DNA from: Somniosus microcephalus
Taxonomy: Eukaryota
Reading direction: 5' to 3'
DNA: 64,000 nucleotides
Assembly (NCBI GenBank): GCA_052327205.1
Contig: CM126214.1
Span: 26,040,001 to 26,104,000, forward strand
Part shown: in pieces, positions 26,192 to 39,512 of the stretch
Layout of the letters: every line of letters begins with the position of its first letter
How positions within the stretch are numbered: the first letter of the stretch is position 1
Made by a program: the position numbers and the translations under genes
Notes under the pieces: model-generated
What the model saw: only the letters and a program-made list of their open reading frames with translations
Told to the model about the DNA's origin: nothing
Databases searched by the model: none

Positions 26192-26929
26192 TATTGATTG
26201 TAGCTCAAAACAGAAATGCTTGTCACGTCCTGGTCTGATAGAGAATTAAGTGTGTGTCCCTCTGAAACCACTGCAATATCACTGGGAGCAATTGCTGGCA
26301 TCTTGAAGGAGTTCGATTCATTTTGATGTTGCCATTTTGGACCAGCCTGATTTTGAATTGATCTTGGAGCAGTTCAGTTACTGGAAAACTCATTATTGGT
26401 TTGGTGTGACTCTCAGGCCAACTCTCAAAGGCAATCATTCAGGCAAGAGTGGCTTACCTCTCTACAAAAACCAGGAGTTCTTGTTCCACTTGGAAACAGA
26501 TTTTCCAGCTGCCAGTCAGGAAAAAGAATTGAGCCCAGTTAGAGCCTGTACTCAAACATGGGAACATACAAACAAAAATGTGGTACATCAAGCCTGCCCC
26601 AACCAGGCATGGTGCAGCCTTGCATATCATTGTTTTTCCTTTGGCCCCTGCTCCCCAGTCTCTCAACCCACTGGAAGAAGCAAAATAACACCTCTGGTGG
26701 GTTAGGAAAAATCACTAAGGAAATTCCTCTCTGGTTCCTGATGACAATCAAGCAAGCTCCAGAAGTCCACACTAACTCACGAGCGTCGCTAATCCCAGGT
26801 ACCCCACAGCCTACCTTTTTATTACTTGAAATGCTCTCCTTTCTCGGGCACTTGTTCAACTGGGAGTCCAAGCTCACTGTCTCTTTGGTGATCTGTTGCA
26901 GAGGGTGATGAATCTGTGAAAAGGATTGC

Positions 26930-27250
26930 TTATTATCTAAACTAACTCTTTTATAATTATGCCTCCTAGTTTTCCCATCCCTATCCACCTCAAATAGCTT
27001 ATCCAACTAGACAATCTATTCCTTTCATCAATTTAAATATTTCAAGCATAACTCTTCTAAATGACATTTGGCTAATGAGCATAGCCTCAACTTCTGAAGC
27101 CTCTCTTGATAGCTAAGAGTTCCAAGAGGTAGCTGCTCCAGATACATCATTTTGATCATCCTCCATTGTACTTTCCCCAGGGCTTCAGTATCCCCACCAA
27201 GTGTGGAAATCAAAACTGGACACGCGACTCCAAAGCCTCTCGAAGCTATC
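26930..27250 (-). mobile_element. Old CR1 ORF2 C-terminal fragment
   Basis: Minus ORFs: ALGKVQWRMIKMM...LSYQERLQKLRLCSL and DKLFEVDRDGKTRRH. Confidence 0.65.
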
Positions 27251-28372
27251 AAAGATGTGTGATTTGTGATTTGCATAATGCATCTCCCCATTCTTTCAGC
27301 ACTCTAGGATAATTGTCAATTCCAGTAGCGCAATCAGCATCGAAATGGTTTCATCCTCACCTACGACCATTTCTACATGTACTGCGCTCTTCAAATATAG
27401 TTTAGTTTTCAGCTACAAAGCTCTCATCAGCTGCTCAACTGACTTCTAATTGGTGGTGGTAGAGCTGTCTGAGAGGTGTGTGTGTGTTATCTCGTGATGC
27501 AATAGTTAGTGAGTTTTCAGTTCTAGCATGAAGATAATTAGTTTTTCTGTGGGGTCTGGATGTTGAAAGGTATAACTTGTTCTGACTGCTGTTGATGAGC
27601 ATCGTTCATACTCTGACCATGGCCCTTGTTGAAAAGAGAATTTACTTTATAGCCACAGTGGAATGGGTAGGTTACCAGCCACTATTAGTAATGAGGCTGG
27701 CAATGTCCAGGGTGTCTTTGCTAGCCCCACCCTGTATTGAATGAGTGGTGCATGTCCTAAATAGGAATGCTCAGTCACAAATACCCAAAACCAAGAGACT
27801 GGACTTCCAGACTTGCTGTGTGTAGGTCTGCAGTTACAGTTCCCAGTGTCGCCATGCCTGCTGCTTCACCACTCACTTAGTGATTGACGTTGAATTTGTG
27901 CTGAACTAAATTGACCTTCCTCATCCTACATTTTGTGCTTTAATGGAAAAGTGAGGCAAGACTGATGGGGAATTTTAAACTAGAATCTTGGCTTTTTCTT
28001 GCCTCACAATGCAGCTAGGATCCGCGGGCTTGCTACTCTGAGCTGTGTATACGGCTACTGGTATGACAAATGGCAGAGCTGCTGTATTCTCACGTCATAG
28101 TGAGATGGTTGTAATGCTACAAGTATCCAGAGTCTATTGTATTGATTTGATCCTTTACACATCCAAAGTGCACACAATAATGTGTCCAAACATCAAAATT
28201 ACAACCACTTCAAATATGGAAATAGTTCAGCAAAACCTAATCCGTGTGCTGTTCACTTGTATGCTTCAAATGGGTCAGTGTCATCATCCAATCTCAGTTT
28301 TACAAAAGGCTGCATTGTGATTTCTTTGTACTTGTATGTCCATTCCGTGAGTATTGCATTTTTTTCCTGCAG

Positions 28373-28525
28373 CTTTCTAAAGATTTCAGCAAAAGTCCAG
28401 TTAATAATTCTGAAACCATAACCAGCCTACCAATCAGTATTCCACTGAGCACTGTTCAACCAAACAAATTGCCTGTCAGCATTCCTCTGGCCAGTGTAGT
28501 TCTGCCGATTCGTGCTGAGAAAGTG
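28373..28525 (+). CDS. DOT1L: DOT1L coding exon (exon 22 equivalent), AF9/ENL AHD-binding motifs
   Basis: cctgcag|CTT TCT AAA...AAA GTG|gtaagt; ...ETITSLPISIPLSTVQPNKLPVSIPLASVVLPIRAEKV contains the tandem LPISIPL/LPVSIPL AF9/ENL-binding repeats; 153 nt. Confidence 0.96.
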
Positions 28526-28689
28526 GTAAGTAATATTTGACTCAATTTGCAGTATTACAAGTAATAGAATGAAGACATTTACAATTTTGTGACACTCATT
28601 AAATAGCTAAAATAACATTTCCATCTCCAACCTAATCTTATCTTTTACTAATTCAGAGTCTTGTTTAGTTTTAAAAAGGGGCTGTGATT

Positions 28690-30072
28690 CTAGTAGCGGT
28701 AGCACCATCGCAGCTACTTGGCCTCGCCCCTCAATTTCCCCTACCCACTGCATTGGATAACGCCCACTTAAATTGCCACTACTATTCCACAGTAATGCTG
28801 AACTGCCACAGTTTCTTGTGTGTCCTACACAGACCCATGCCTTCCCTTAGCTTTGACTTGGTTATCCAGAGATGTTCTCACCATGGCATGGATTGCTGGA
28901 TCAGAGCAGCCACCATGCTGCTCCACTCACCAGTCATCACATTTTACCTTCTCTACCTCAAACCTCAGGTTAATTTATGTTGTCCTCTTGTGTCTGCCCT
29001 TTTTCTCATCGCTCTCTCTTGGTGACATCAACTACAAGCCTATCATTGGTTTTCATTTGTTCCACTGACGATGCACAACTCTACCTCCCCTCTATCACTA
29101 TTGACTCCAGTGTTATTGCTATCCTTCCTGACTGCCTGTTTGAGACAGCATTTCCTTCACCTAAATATTAGCAAAACTGAAGCGATGCTTTACTTCATTC
29201 CAGCCTCCGGCATCAGCTCTCATCAACTCCCTGTCTGCTTTAGCTGAACAAAAGATGAGGAGGAATTTCTTCACCCAGAGAGTGGTGAACCTGTGGAATT
29301 CTCTGCCACAGAGGGTGGTGGAGGCCAGTTCATTAAATATATTCAAGAAAGAGTTGGATATATTTCTTAAGGCTAAAGGGATCAAGGGATATGGGGAGAA
29401 GGCAGGGACAGGGTACTGAATTTGGATGATCAGCCATGATCTCATTGAATGACGGAGCAGGCTCGAAGGGCCGAATGGCCTACTCTTGCTCCTATCTTAT
29501 ATGTTTCTATGTGCAACCTCGGTGTGCTGCTTGACTCTGAGCTGTTTCGTGCTTCGCATCCAGATTGCATTTTTCCATCTCTGGCAATGCCTGCTTCCGC
29601 CCTACTTCTCCCATGGCTGCTAAAACCCTAATTCACACCATTAGCTGGAGGACTTGGCCTTCAAATGCGCCTCACTGATTTTCCATCTTTCACCTATCAT
29701 GATTGTCAGTTATTCCAGAACCCTTGACAAGTTCCTCCTTCTGCTAAAGTCCTGTATGCCCACTGCCCATCTCCACTGACTCCCACCAATAATGATTTTG
29801 AAGTCCTCATCCTCATTTTTATATCGCTGCGTGGTTTCATTCCACTTTATGCCAGCAATTTTCCCCAGGGATATGTCCCATCATTGGTGGCCGATTTGAC
29901 TTGAGTGTCTCTATGTAAAAGCTCCTTGCAACTTATTCATTCAACCATGCCTTTGATTCTCCATGCACTCACCCAGTCCTTTATACTCTGGTATTCAGCG
30001 CCCTCTGATTTCCCCTTGTTAAACACTCTAAGATGGCATTCTATGTAAGCAAACCCATGTAAATACAAATTG
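28690..30072 (+). mobile_element. Old L2 LINE fragment with a nested CR1 3' end
   Basis: RT remnant STDDAQLYL (YADDTQLYL), NISKTEA, NLGVLLDSEL; L2-type tail ...atgtaaatacaaattg. Confidence 0.65.
29252..29510 (+). mobile_element. CR1 LINE 3' end nested in L2
   Basis: agatgaggaggaatttcttcacccagagagtggtg (MRRNFFTQRVV) through ggccgaatggcctactcttgctcctatcttatatgtttctatg. Confidence 0.88.
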
Positions 30073-30096
30073 TCGTCAGCCCAAGTTATTTGTCTT

Positions 30097-30680
30097 TACA
30101 AGGAAGTTATAATGAACCTTTATAAGACATTGGTTCGGCCTCAACTAGAGTATTGTGCCCAATTCTGGGCACCACACTTGAAGGCCTTCACATTCTTCCT
30201 AGAGAGGGTGCAGAAAAGATTTACAAGAATGGTTCCAGGGATGAGGGACTTCAGTTACGTGGATAGACTAGAGAAGCTGGGATTGTTCTCAGAGCAGAGA
30301 AGGTTGAGAGAAGATTTGATAGAAGTGTTCAAAATCATGAGTGGCCTAGATAGAGAGAAACTGCTGCCTTGGCGGAAGGTTTGAGAACCAGAGGGGATAG
30401 ATTTGTTATTGGCAGAAGAACCAAAGGTGACATGAGGATAAACTTTTTTACGCAACGAATGGTTAGGGTGTGGAATGCACTGCCTGAAAGGGTAGTGGAG
30501 GCAGATTTAATCATGGCTTTCAAACTGGAATTGGATAAGTACCGGGAGGTGGAAAATTTGCAGGGCTACAGGGAAAGGGTGGGGGAGTGGGACTAGCTGA
30601 AGTGCTCTTGCAGAGAGCCGGCATGGACTCGATGAGCCGAATGGCCTCCTTTTGTGCTGTAACCATTTGATTCTATGATT
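30097..30680 (+). mobile_element. CR1 LINE 3' fragment
   Basis: LYKTLVRPQLEYCAQFWAPH...LERVQKRFTRMVPG...FFTQRMVRVWNALP plus tail gaatggcctccttttgtgctgtaaccatttgattctatga. Confidence 0.9.
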
Positions 30681-32339
30681 TTTACTAGCATTCTTCCTTG
30701 GCCATTCCTTAAAGACTGAAGTTTGCCTGTCCTGGCTAGGTTATATTGGAGCAAAATGAGCATTCGCGAGTGTTACTTCCAGATGAACCAAATGCATTTT
30801 CTAGACCGGTGGTTCCCAAATTGGGGGGTGTGTCCTGGTTATCAGGGGGTGCAAAGAGCATGCTAGCTGTTACTCACTAATGGACAAATGCCTTCAATAC
30901 ATATTTTCTCCATTGGTGGCGCTGTAGCATTCCCCTCTACTTTCTCCGGCTGATTCCCGACTCTCTCTCCTCAAACTTGGGTATCCCCTGCAAACAGATT
31001 CAACTTGCAGGTATTTTGAATTCTCCGCCGTTTAAATGTATTTTTTTTTCAGTTGGTTGTTTGCCTTCTGGTCTGTACTGCTGTGCAACATAAGTTTATT
31101 TTTGGCTGTGCCCATGAGGCTTGGGGCCCACTGCCATAAAGAAATAAATAGTACCCCCCCGACTCTGCTTCCAAAATCTGTTTAAAAGGTTCTTTGCCTT
31201 GAGTTCTGCAGTGTTGTGGAGCGTCTTTTTTTTGTTCTTGCGTGAAGCCCTCGTGAGCCCCTGGGTCTTCGTGATGTTTAGAGGTAATCGATAAATAGCC
31301 CTTCTGTAATAACTTGTCTGGGCCTCAAAAATTACTTGATTGCATAGTGCCCAGCACCTTTCTGGAAAGTTTATTTTGCCCTGCTTGGATTTGGTGTTGC
31401 TGCTTGCTTGGTGTCATCTTAAAATGAGAGAGAAATTAATAATGGCAGCTGCACTCATGGGTCTTGATGTTTGCACAAAAAAAATTAAACCCTCCATTTT
31501 ACCTCCTCCAAAGCTACCTAACAATTCATTACTTCCACTCCCAAACAACCTGACCACAGACCTCTCTTCCATCTGCAGAGTACAACTCATCCTCCAACCG
31601 GCTCGCATCCCCAACTGGAAGAATGGAGCAACCCACAGATTTCCTTTCACTGAAGTTGTTTACACTGTCACAGTGGCCAGGAAATCCCTTGGATCTGCTC
31701 GCGCTTCGCTGGCAACACTTCACCTGAAGTGTGGTGGAAACCCCATTTACACATGTAAACAGGGTTTCTGCCTCACTTTTGGCAAAGTAACACAAGTGAA
31801 GTGGTAGCGGGTCCAAGGAATTTCCAGGCCGGTGAGTTCTAATATGATTGGACCTCATCTTAAATCCCAATAGTATAAGGGAGCAGAATTACAACAGCTA
31901 CAATGACAAAATTGCTGAAGTATTCTGGTTTGGCAGCTATATCTATACTAACATTAATTTTGCAAAAATGCTGTTTCTTATAAAAGTGCGGGGGGAGGGG
32001 GGGGTGGTTGCGATCATGGGACATGAATCTCCAAAGTGGGGCTTAGCAATAGAAAATTTAGATTGAACGCTGCCACCCACTTGACTGAATAGAATAGCAT
32101 GGGAGCTAGGTTTAAAGACTGCAGGCAAATAATGCTTTAACATGACATTTCACTGAATTGAAGTTCTGATACTCTACAATATAGTTCTTTTTGCATTTTA
32201 TGGTTCTAGAGTTAGGTGCAGATTGCTTCAGTTTCTAGCAGGAGGCAATATCAAAAGTTAGTTTTCTTGAATATTGTTCTTCTGTTAGGATTGTTCAAAT
32301 CATTTGCTGCTTTAAACATAAGTTTGATTTATTTTACAG

Positions 32340-32457
32340 AGAAGCACACCTAGTCCCATTCATGTTCCAAATCGTGATTTATCAATGCTTGACAAGCAAT
32401 ATGGTGCTAACTATGGAAATGCGGCTGGAAATAAACCACAGTCTTTGGCTACCTCAG
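32340..32457 (+). CDS. DOT1L: DOT1L coding exon (exon 23 equivalent)
   Basis: tttacag|AGA AGC ACA CCT AGT...TCA G|gtactt; RSTPSPIHVPNRDLSMLDKQYGANYGNAAGNKPQSLATS; 118 nt. Confidence 0.92.
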
Positions 32458-32554
32458 GTACTTGTTTTTAATTATTTTTTTCCATTTGAGTTGTAATTAA
32501 CATGTAGCAGTTTACGTTTGCATTTGTTAAGTGACAATTGGAATATAGTTAATA

Positions 32555-32935
32555 AGTTGGTCAGATCTGAAACATACAAGATTCTGAGGGGGATTGACAG
32601 GGTAGATGCTGAGGTTGTTTCCCCTGGCTGGAGTGTCTAGAACTAGGAGACATAGTCTCAGGATAAAGGGTAGGCCATTTGAGACTGAGATGAGGAGGAA
32701 TTTCTTCACTCAGATGGTTGTGAATCTTTGTGGCATTTTCTGCCCCAGAGGGCTGTGAATGCTGAGTCTTTGGGTATATTCAAGGCTGACATAGATAGAT
32801 TTTTGGACTCTAGGGGAAAGAAGGGGTATGAAGATCGGGCGAGAAAGTGGAGTTGAAGTCGATGATCAGCCATAATCTTATTGAATGGTGGAGCAGGCTC
32901 GAGGGGCTACATGGCCTACTCTTATTTCTTATGAA
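32555..32935 (+). mobile_element. CR1 LINE 3' end
   Basis: ETYKILRGIDRVD...TRRHSLRIKGRPFETEMRRNFFTQMVV plus CR1 tail. Confidence 0.88.
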
Positions 32936-33409
32936 TCTCTAATTCATCTTAATAGTAATGTAAATATTGTACTTTATTGATGCATCTCAACTATTTAGTC
33001 AACTTTTTATCATGGTGCTTTCTTCGTACCTCAGCATAAATTGTTGGTAGTGACAGAAAGGAACTTAGTAAAATTTGGGTATAACCCTTTCAAAATTGCT
33101 ATTTGAGATATTTATATACCTGCAAATTTCCAACCATTTGAAGCTAAATGTATTAGAATATAAAATACAGAATCTGTGGAAGTCTAGAATTATATTTTGG
33201 GTCATCTATGCGGTTGTGAATGAATGTAAATGTACAGTATATGGATATACCATGTAGGAAATTGAGAAATCAATCCATGTTGGTATTTTGGGCTGGTTTT
33301 AATTTTGTTTTTCCTTTTATTAAATACATAAATGCCAAGCAATAACAAAAGGTGATGGTATATATGTTTTTCCAAGCTGTTGCAGTGTGTTACTTTTATC
33401 GTTTTGCAG

Positions 33410-34044
33410 GTTTTTGTTACTCAGCTGGCTCTGTGGCGATCAATGGAGTCCATTCCGGTTCTCCCATCCAGTCAGCGCTCAACAGTCATGACAAGACATT
33501 AGAAGATTCTGATTCCGCCAGTGTAGGTATCCTTGCCAATAGTTCTGTTTTGCAGAGCACAAACCCACAGCATCCAACAATGCACCTGATGCAATCTCGG
33601 AATTCTGAACAAAACTCCCCAGCAACGCAGCATTCAGCCAGCCCCAGGCTATCCAACTCTCAAAATCCAGCAACCAATTCTCCGAGCACAGGTGGGGTTT
33701 TACAGTATGCAGACACACAAAAGGCCTTCTCGGAGGCAATCAAAAAAGATTTACAGTCAGACCAAGGTGCCTCGGATCAGGAGAATGAATCCAAACGGAG
33801 AATAATTTTTTCCACTGCGAATGGTGGAAATATAAAGCAGCCTACTTTAAATAAACAGACTCCTGTTGCTTCATCCATCAAGTTGGAATCTGGACAGACG
33901 ACATCTCAAGAAGGGAAAAAGAAGGGCAGAAGGAAACGTTCATCTGTGACATCCAATTTAAATGCAGGTAGCTCCCCTAAGCGGAAATCCCTGCTTGCTG
34001 CACTAGGGCTTTCTTCAGGATCTCCCTTGAATATAAGTTCCATG
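33410..34044 (+). CDS. DOT1L: DOT1L coding exon (exon 24 equivalent)
   Basis: ttgcag|GT TTT TGT TAC...TCC ATG|gtaagt; GFCYSAGSVAING...SDQENESKRRIIFS...KKKGRRKRSS (NLS-like)...SGSPLNISSM; 635 nt. Confidence 0.95.
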
Positions 34045-35107
34045 GTAAGTGATTTGATTTATTTCTATCTTAACATTATTTTGAAAGGGATACTTGCTTT
34101 TGACTTCAAAGCCTATGTCAGTATCCATAGACATTGTACTGCAGTAAGAATGCAATCATTTATTCCCTGATGGCGGGCTGCCGCCTTAACAAATGGTTTT
34201 TTCAGTAAAGGGCTGTGAAGATGAGCCAATGGACCTGTTTGTAAAATATATATCTACATGTTCTTCAACCTCCATATTGAAGTTATCTTGGAACACTGCC
34301 TCATCTAAGAAAATTTGTGACATAGGCAAATGCAATCTTCCCTTAATATGCTGCGTCATACCTCTATAGTTCACCGTTAAGAAAGTTCATGTTTTTGTTT
34401 GATAGTTGCAAAATGTTCTTGTTCCTTGGCAACTGAAAAAGTTTCATTAAAAAAAATCACTTTCTTGAATTTAGTTTAGGATGTAAACCAGCTTGCACGC
34501 AGTTCGACCAGCGGACACCATCCTGCATCACTGGCTGTTCAGGCACACCCTGATTGAACCAACCTCAGTTGAGTCGAGCCCTGCGGGTATTGGTTGGCAA
34601 CAGTTTAGCTTCAAAATTTGATTGAAATACGTGGTTCTTCTCAGTAACAATTGGCTAAATCTTAATTCCTCATTTCACTTATGAAAACATGTCATCCCAA
34701 GACTGTCCCAAGAGCTTTGATCCTGTTTTGGGTACAGCCATCAGTCACTACTGGGGCAGCTTCGGCATCACCCAGTGCAGAAGTACCAGTGCTTGGTCAA
34801 GTTGCGTAATGTGTGTGGCTTTATTGCTGAAAGGCAAGCTTCTGTCCCCTGATTCTGAGGAGCATGAGAACGGAAAGCTCGATTTAGGAAGGCCCTCAAA
34901 ACCTAGCAGTGAGTGCGCACAGCTGCAGTGCTGACTTAGCCCATTGGAGTGCTGTACCTAAATCTGGTGAAAAAATATATATATAAAAAATATATATTAC
35001 TGTATATATTTTCATTCAAGGTTTTATATTAAAGCTAACTTTTAAATCTTTTGCTTGCTTGGTTGTCTTGTTCTTTGAGGTTCCCACTGTTCATTTTTGG
35101 AGCTGGG

Positions 35108-35568
35108 AATAGGAACAGGAGGAGGCCATTCAGCCCTCGAGCCTGTTTTGCCATTTAATGAGATCATGGCTGATCTGCGACCTAACTCCATATACCCGGA
35201 TTTGCCCCATATCCCTTAATACCCTTGGTTAACAAAAAGCTATCAAACTCGAGTTTAAAATTAACAATTGATCTAGCATCAATTGCCGTTCGCGGTAGAG
35301 TTCCAAACTTCTACCACCCTTTGTGTGTAGAAGTGTTTCCTAATTTCACTCCTGAAAGGTCTGGCTCTAATTTTTAGACAATGCCCCCCTAGTCCTAGAA
35401 TCCCCAACCAGTGTAAATAGTTTCTCTCTATCTACCCTATCTGTTCCTCTTAATATCCTGAAAACTTCAGTCAGATCACCCCTTAACCTTCTAAATTCTG
35501 GGGAATACAACCCTAATGTGTGTAATCTTTCCTCGTAACTTAACCCTTGAAGTCCAGGTATCATTCTG
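35108..35568 (-). mobile_element. CR1 LINE 3' end, same family as 24945-25175 but inverted
   Basis: ORF 35367-35612 RMIPGLQGLSYEERL...RRLRGDLTEVFRIL plus matching tail. Confidence 0.88.
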
Positions 35569-35587
35569 ACATTTGAAATTAAACCTA

Positions 35588-35922
35588 CAGGAAACTTTGT
35601 GCTATGCAGCACCGACGGGACCGAGCTGTTGCCGTCCCATCAAAACTGCCGGACAAACCAGCGCTATTGTTGAAACATACGGAGATTTTGAGCTCCGTAT
35701 CTGGCAACAAACCCTGTTGCTTAGCAACAGCTTCTAAACAGTCGGCCGTACCTTGCAAGCGTCTCTGTAGCTTAGCAACAGCTTCAGCGAGACCTTGCAG
35801 AGCCTAACTGGTGGGAAAAAAAAGCAACGAAAAGAAAAAAACCGTAACGAAACGGCTCCTGATTTTTGCCGGTGGCTCGAGCATTCCGGACAGTTAACCT
35901 CCGGATAAACCAAAGTTTCCTG
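35588..35922. mobile_element. Tc1/mariner-type MITE (copy 2 of the family)
   Basis: TA|CAGGAAACTTTG...CAAAGTTTCCTG|TA; same orientation as, and nearly identical to, 25875-26191. Confidence 0.88.
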
Positions 35923-36004
35923 TATTTTGCTTGGCTGAAAAAAAGCTGAGATTTCTGAAGCCAATTACAGTAAATGCCAGAACAGTGATGTTTCCAACAT
36001 TGTT

Positions 36005-36480
36005 GCAGATGACTAAGCCATTCAGGCCATTTTCATTCATCCAGAACAACCCTACTGACCCACCCCATTGTTGCATCTAATCTCTTAAATAATTCAAGGG
36101 CTTTCACCTCTTCCACTCAGGAAGTTTGTAGTGTTGATCACTGTCTTTGTGAAGAAGAACTTCATGATATCAGTCCCATATTTGCCTTTTACTAGTTTGG
36201 ATCTGTGAACCATTGGCCTGTTCCCACAGTTGAATTTATAATCTCCAGATCAGCCTTTACTACCCTATTACCACTAAAGTCATCCCTTAACCCGTGAAAA
36301 GCCGCATCTGTCTGGGCTTTCCTCGTAATTCGGATACCTGACACTAGGGATCAGCCTCACGGCTCATTATATCGCCTCCTGCACTTGACTCGCACTCTCT
36401 CCTGTTTCTTATCGACCATACTGGAGGTGTGGCCTGACCAGAGCACTGCAAAATTGCCTCATGACTTCCTCTAACTTGTG
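36005..36480 (-). mobile_element. Old CR1 3' fragment
   Basis: Minus-strand remnants of the FFTKTVIN, RLRDD, YEESP and LVRPHLQY motifs and a gaatggcct tail. Confidence 0.55.
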
Positions 36481-36987
36481 TTCCACTGTTTCAGTTATGA
36501 CAAGTCCAATCTGATACGGTTTTTGTGTCAAAATAAGAAGGGGCTGCTGATGGATCGTATGCTAAGCTTAAAAGTAATTTATAATTATTGTGATTGAAAC
36601 AGTCATACTTCTGTTTGAAGTTCCTACTTATACATAGTCCAATCAACAAAATTCAATAACTTGAAAATGATTGCCACAGACATAACCATATTGAATATCA
36701 TAAATATTCTAACTAGTGTATATAATGTATATAAAAATGCCAGGCAATAATAGGATAGGCAGACCATATCTGAATTGTTTTGATGTATTTGTGAATACGT
36801 AAGTGATGGGGTCACCATTTCTGAATCAAGGCAGTGGTTCACTGTAATTATTGTCTTTGATGAATTGACGGCCGTTATAATTAATTGCACCACTTCCTCT
36901 TCAAGCTTCTTGGCATATGAACTGTTTCCAAAATGCAGGGAACACAGTAGTCCAAATATTAAAATATTGCAACATTTGTTCTCTTAG

Positions 36988-37190
36988 GTCAATAACATCA
37001 ATCAGCCTTTGGAAATAACAGCAATTTCATCACCAGAAACTTCAGTGAAGAGCTCTCCTGTTCCCCATCAGGATAATGAAGGACCTCCAAGTTTGAAAAA
37101 GAAAAAGATGTTTGCCTCCAATGGTGTTCATTATTCGCCACTTACATCTGATGAAGAACAAGAGGAGGAAACTGAACAGATTAATGGAAG
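36988..37190 (+). CDS. DOT1L: DOT1L coding exon (exon 25 equivalent)
   Basis: tcttag|GTC AAT AAC...GGA AG|gtgggg; VNNINQPLEITAISSPETSVKSSPVPHQD...NGVHYSPLTSDEEQ; 203 nt. Confidence 0.95.
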
Positions 37191-38758
37191 GTGGGGCTCT
37201 TGCAAACAAAGAGGTTCACACACTTCCTTATAACTTTGAAAGATTTATATTTTGACATTGGGTAATTCATATGACTGAAGCTAAGAAATATTCATTTGAA
37301 ATGCAGTACAATTAAAAAGATGCAACTATCTCATTGCGTATTTTTGAGGTCCAAGGAATATACAATCAAGTTTGTTGCAAATGAAGAAGTGAGAACTAAT
37401 GGAAATAATTTATAATTTAGTATCCATCAGTTCTGACTGGGAATCTTATTTTTGTGAAATAAGCCTCATTAATTCTGCTGTGCAACTGTTCTGCATTTAA
37501 TTGCTGTGACTGTTGGTCTAATAGTTAGAGCACCTGCTGAGTTATCATCTTTTAACATTTTGTTGCAGCAAATGGCAAAGTGGGATGGGTTGAATTTTGG
37601 TTTTAAATAAGCAATTTGGAATAATGGTGGTAACTATACTAGAGAAGTTTGGAATTAATAAGAAATGCACACAGAGGTATTACATTGTATGTCCTTGCTA
37701 TATAGAAGCCTGACTAACCTATTTATTGAAATCAGCCACATCTAAAGTTCATGTCCTTTAACAGTGTGGTGAAGTGTTAATATTTGTCAGCCCTTTATAG
37801 ATGCAGCTATTAGGGTAGTAGGCTGCTCCTTATAGCTGAAGTTTTCTATTTGAAGGATCGCTGTACAGGAAATCCTTCAGACATCAAAGCATCGTTTTAT
37901 CAGTAATATTTGAGTCTGAAATGCAATCTAAATTTCTTTGACGAAATATTGTGAAGCTCAAAGAGGTTTGTTGTCTTAATTTATTTAAATTCTTCCTCAT
38001 TTGTTCAGTCTTCATATGAATAGCAAGTGGTGTCATCCTATCGTAAGGAAGGGCAAGAAAGAGGAAAGAACCATTTGAGAATACTGTCCCTTCAAGAAAA
38101 TTGTCTTTGCTTAACAATTTTGGTAATACTCGTGTTGTCAGGCCTTGGTAAAGTAAGGCATTGTTTCTTTTTCTTCTGTCAGCAGTAATCTTGCTTGTTT
38201 ATAGACACCTGAACAAAAATAATTTCCTTTTTAAACCAGTATAGTTTGGTCTAGTTCTGTATGGGACCTTTTCACTTTTTGAAAATGTTTATGGAATTTG
38301 ACACTTGCTTGGAAATTGACAGTATTTTACTTACCTTGCCTTACTATTGGCCTCACCTCTGTTTGATATTAGCTGAGCAATCCTTGGCCTCTGACCGTTG
38401 CAAGGTATGATTTTTCTGTTGAATGTCTTGGATCTTCAGATCATACAAAATCGAATTCGATTATCATCGGAAGCAAGAGGCTTCACTTGACCTTGTTTGC
38501 TGAGAGGCTGTTGGTGGTGATCTGGAATTCAATGGTAGATTTGTTGAGACACCGAGACACTGAATTCCTGAATCTGTCAAGAAGCATGTATCTTCATGTC
38601 AGACCAGATGCACGCACAAAACAAATTCACAATTGTTCCAGGAAAGATACAATAGCTGATGAGTGTTCCATGTAAACGTGAATGAATGAGGGCAGAGCAC
38701 TAAAGTGCGCTAGGGCTAATGGAACTCTTTTATTAGTCACAAGGCTGGTCAAACATAT

Positions 38759-39512
38759 TTGCCCAAATTTTGTGGTCGGAGGCTCCGAACTGTTTTATTA
38801 AAAAAAAAAAAAAAAAATCTATGAATTTACCTGGTGGTCCGGGAGGTATGGAGATTTGCGGTCCTGGGCCTCTGCGGGTACCCGCGGGTAGCGGCCCATG
38901 TATCTCGGGCGCACGTGGTTCGTAAGTGCCCCTGGGATCACGTGGGCCGGCCCAACCAGTAAAAGAAGGGAATCCCCATTCATACTTATGGGGTTTCCGT
39001 ACGTACGAAACTCCCACAAGTATGAATGGGGATCACTTTATAAAAAAAAAAAAAAATACACGAACACATGAAATAAAACATTTTTTAAATTACATATTTA
39101 AAATTAATTACAATGGCATATTTTAAACATTTAATTTTTTGAAAAAGTGTTTTTTAACAGGGCTGAAAATAAACTTACCTTATTGGACACAGTTTTTTAA
39201 AGTATAAATGAGTGATTAAAATTTTATTTTTCTATTTTTTAAAACGCTTATGTTGGTAAAAGCAGGCCTTCCGCCTGCTATTACCAGGTGTAAGAATTTC
39301 ATGGGCATTCAGCGGGCGGAAGTTGGGCAAATGGCGCAACTCTCCACCCGCAGAGGCCCATCTCCCCGGGATGCGGATCATCTGACAAGAGAATTCTTGA
39401 CAGATCACAAGTTCCGGGTTTTCGCGCATGCGTTTCACATGCCTAAACCTGGAACTTGCGCGGCCCCTATGGGTGTGTACGCACCCGTGGGGGTCACAAA
39501 TTACAGACCAAT
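38759..39512. mobile_element. CpG-rich non-autonomous DNA element (possibly PIF/Harbinger-derived)
   Basis: Sharp GC/CpG-rich island with imperfect short terminal inverted sequences (gcccaaattttgtg...cacaaattacagacc) and an internal 62-bp palindrome at 38972-39033; superfamily assignment is tentative. Confidence 0.45.

Noticed and set aside
30806-31270. hAT/Charlie-like left end (ctaga-ccggtggttcccaaa)
   Set aside because: I could not find a matching right TIR or an 8-bp TSD.
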